A stretch of DNA of 64,000 nucleotides, taken from NCBI RefSeq assembly GCF_964194025.1, contig NC_134472.1, forward strand, positions 69,316,001 to 69,380,000. Reading direction: 5' to 3'. Shown here in pieces: positions 61,033-64,000 of this stretch; positions within the stretch are counted from its first letter, which is position 1; every line of letters begins with the position of its first letter. The notes below the pieces were generated by a model. The model searched no databases. It saw nothing but the letters and a program-made list of their open reading frames with translations, and was not told the DNA's origin. The position numbers were made by a program, and so were the translations under genes. Source of the stretch: Convolutriloba macropyga. Lineage: Eukaryota.

Positions 61033-64000
61033 GTAAGTTTAGCCTGTTACTTTTTTACCGTTTATATGCATGCTGTTTACTAGATCTTGATTTAGGGAGG
61101 AGTTGCTTTTGTTTGGTTTCTGTCCATGAAAATTGGACATTTGCTATTTCGACAGCGTGGCAAACAGTAGAAAAACAAAGCAGCTTAATCTTTTTTTCTT
61201 TTTAACTGGAGAGTGAAATTGAAATCATGTTGAAAACTTCAAGGTTTTACTCATTTGTTCAGATCGTAGAGCAAATCTAACGTTTTGAGCAAAAGTATTA
61301 CTTAAAGAGCAAAAATTGTGCTGTACGTGGCTTTTTGGTACCATAGTATACATTCATTGCACATTGTGAAGCGTTTGAAATCGACATGTTTAAACCAACA
61401 AACTTGGATGTATGCCTTTTGTAATGATGAGTGTTTTAGGTACATTCCCATTAATTTTATAAAGTTATTTAACGTTCAATTTTTTGGTAATATCTTTATC
61501 TGAATTTCTGTACGATGAAAAAAACTTTGGATCAAGATTTGCTTGGTTTAAATTCTTTCTTTATTTAAAACAAAGCAATAATCGTGACTTGACTAAAACT
61601 TTACAGTCATGGTACCTGCAAATTTTTCTGAACGGGCAAAATATTGTGCAAAGTATTGTGAAGTATTGTCGCGATGTAATTGGAGAAAAATGTAGGAACA
61701 GAATTCTGACCGGAATTTAATCCAAACTTGACTTGATATAAAAAGGCAAGAAATGACCGGAGTATGATCGAAATTTGGTCTGAAAAACATTTTTCGGATC
61801 AGTCACCCTGAGATCACATTTTAAACAATTTAAAAGAAGATGATTTATTGTGATGCAGTTTCATACGAGCACAGATCAACAGCTTTGCTGCTTGGGCGAT
61901 GCATTGTTAAAAATTTTGCATATTAAGAACTAGTCTCTCAATTCAAGGATTTTCGAATGTGTTGGAGGTTAAAATATCCTTCTACTACTAATATATGAAA
62001 GTTTCAGAAGGAAAAAGATAGTTTTCGAAAAATTGTTCTTTTCTCTAATTTGAACTATTTTTTCGAATGGTGGCAGTTTTGCAGTTTATCTGCGAAGGTG
62101 AGCTGCTAAGCAAACTATTTGTTAAAGTATTTATTTAATCTCTGCAACGATTAACAAAAATATCAAAAAAAAATCTGAGCATATGATTTTTGTATACCTT
62201 TATTGTAAGTAATTGATTAGCAAGATTTATGTCCGCAATTATGCAAAGATTTGTCTGCAAGATATGAACTCTTGTAGCTACACGCATGTATCGCACATAA
62301 TCATAATGGCTGGCAGAAATGGGAAATAAATCTGAGAGGAAATTTGAAAAGTGGATTGTAATCTAGGATATATACTCTGTCTAACTGGTCTTAGGAGACT
62401 AATAAATTTATTGTTAATCTTCCTATCTTCTAAGGGCAACTTTGGGACTACAATTGAGTGACTACTCAATAACTGACTTTGATAATGCCATTGCCATTGC
62501 CATTTCAAATGACATCTGAGCCCAAACCAATAACTAAATTACCCTCAAAATATACAACTACCCACCCGTCTTTTTACCCCCTTCAACTACCCCCCTCCCC
62601 CTCCCTCAGTATTGTCTGCAACAACCAGCCCCCACCTTCACCGTTGCCTCTCACTCATAGCCCAAATAGACTCAGGTAGGCTATTGTCCATAAAATCATT
62701 CTCAATCCATAAAACTAACTGTACACCCTTGCTTTACTACTTTAACCCCCCTCCCTTCCTCGAAACCCTCTTCTTTTGCACTTCTAACAACCCCGCACCT
62801 CCCCTGTTCTTTGGTTACCTGTAATAAGGAAATGAACCCGAAAAGAAATAAAATCTCAACGTGTATTAGCCAAAGACCCTTAGTGTTCCCCTCCCCTCTC
62901 CCGGGTGACGGGAAACAGGAAGGGATTTGATCAAAATGCGATTTTGATCCCCAATTTTGCTGTGTAATCCGGCGCCAAGACACGACTGATTAAGTTGTGA
63001 TTACCTTGTTACCTTAGTTAAGACAGAAAAAGTAGGAAATAGTACAAGAGAGAGCAAGCGACTCAAATAACACAGACGCATAAACCTAGACTGCCTTTGC
63101 GATTAAAGTTACTTTACTTAGTTAATATCAGTCATAATAATCAACTAAACTAAACTTTCCTAACCAGCATAACTAACGTTGATAAACACATCTATGCTTT
63201 AGGTGTGTGATAATGCAACATTAGTAGTAGGACCTTTATTTGTCATTATGATTGAAAAAAAAAGTTATTTTAATCTCTGAAAAAGTAATTTTCATCACAC
63301 TTTCCTGAAATCCCTGAACAAAAAATAAAATCATAATAACTAATTAAAACTATTGACAAAACTCTATAAAAATTATTATAAACCTGCTTGATAATTTTCA
63401 AAAAAATATGAACTCTCTTGCTACTGTAAGATTCCTGCTAACAGAATTTTCATACCTTATTTAGTATAAACTGATTCAGGTAAATTTGTCACGCATTTCG
63501 CCAAGTTTAGCCCGCATTTCGGAATGATTCCAGGATTAGGCAAATTTATTGGAGGGAAATAAAATACTTTCCGCATTATCCTATTTCACTCACTCTAACT
63601 GACTTTCCTTTTCTCTCCGCTCAAATCTCAAAACTCTAAATTGACGTGCCAAAATCCTGCCTCGCTTTCTCTCAACTTAATGAAAAGTAGTAAAAAATTG
63701 TATACTAATTCAACACTAAACAACATAAAGATGGTAGTTTATTCAACATTTATATCAATTACAGTTTTCTAACCCCCGGCAGACGTGTTTTGACTTAAAT
63801 CGGCCGCGGAACTGAAAGAATTGGCGAATAAATTAGGCCAAAAAGTCACCAAAGCATATTAGAAAAAGCGGCAAGAGCTATAGTCAATATCACAGGCACC
63901 AGGCTAAGTCTTGCGTCCAGTAAATATTCTTTGTAATTGATAACTTGGATTTATAATCAGAGTTGCTCTAGTTATAAAATTGCCATAACTTTTGTCGCCA

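Noticed and set aside
62960-64000. PBS-like GGCGCCA (~62971) and GTCGCCA (window end)
   Set aside because: No adjacent TG..CA LTR or gag/pol sequence is visible in the window.

Overview
This is AT-rich, intron-containing animal genomic DNA; the species cannot be determined from the sequence. One complete host gene is present: the splicing factor SF3A1 (minus strand, 7 coding exons, 50979->33529, about 867 aa, with a 12.5-kb TE-filled intron 3). There is also the first coding exon of a class A GPCR with an r-opsin/melanopsin-like TM1 (9196->8949); its other exons were not found in the window. Most of the rest is mobile or repetitive DNA: (1) a defective Ty3/Gypsy element with 5' LTR, PBS and an internal 984-bp RT-RNaseH duplication; (2) a degenerate, apparently spliced ORF joining a Ginger-like HHCC zinc finger to an OTU-like protease; (3) MITEs; (4) a ~2-kb chimeric tandem array carrying a Tc1 relic; (5) a ~5-kb inverted pair of Helentron/HINE-like elements and two further HINE-like families; (6) a CR1/L2-type LINE; (7) a Penelope-like retroelement with tandem copies and hammerhead-like motifs. 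The most striking observation is that this Penelope-like RT carries a PHD-type zinc finger inserted between RT motif B' and the catalytic YxDD motif. All calls come from manual reading and translation; no database searches were run.
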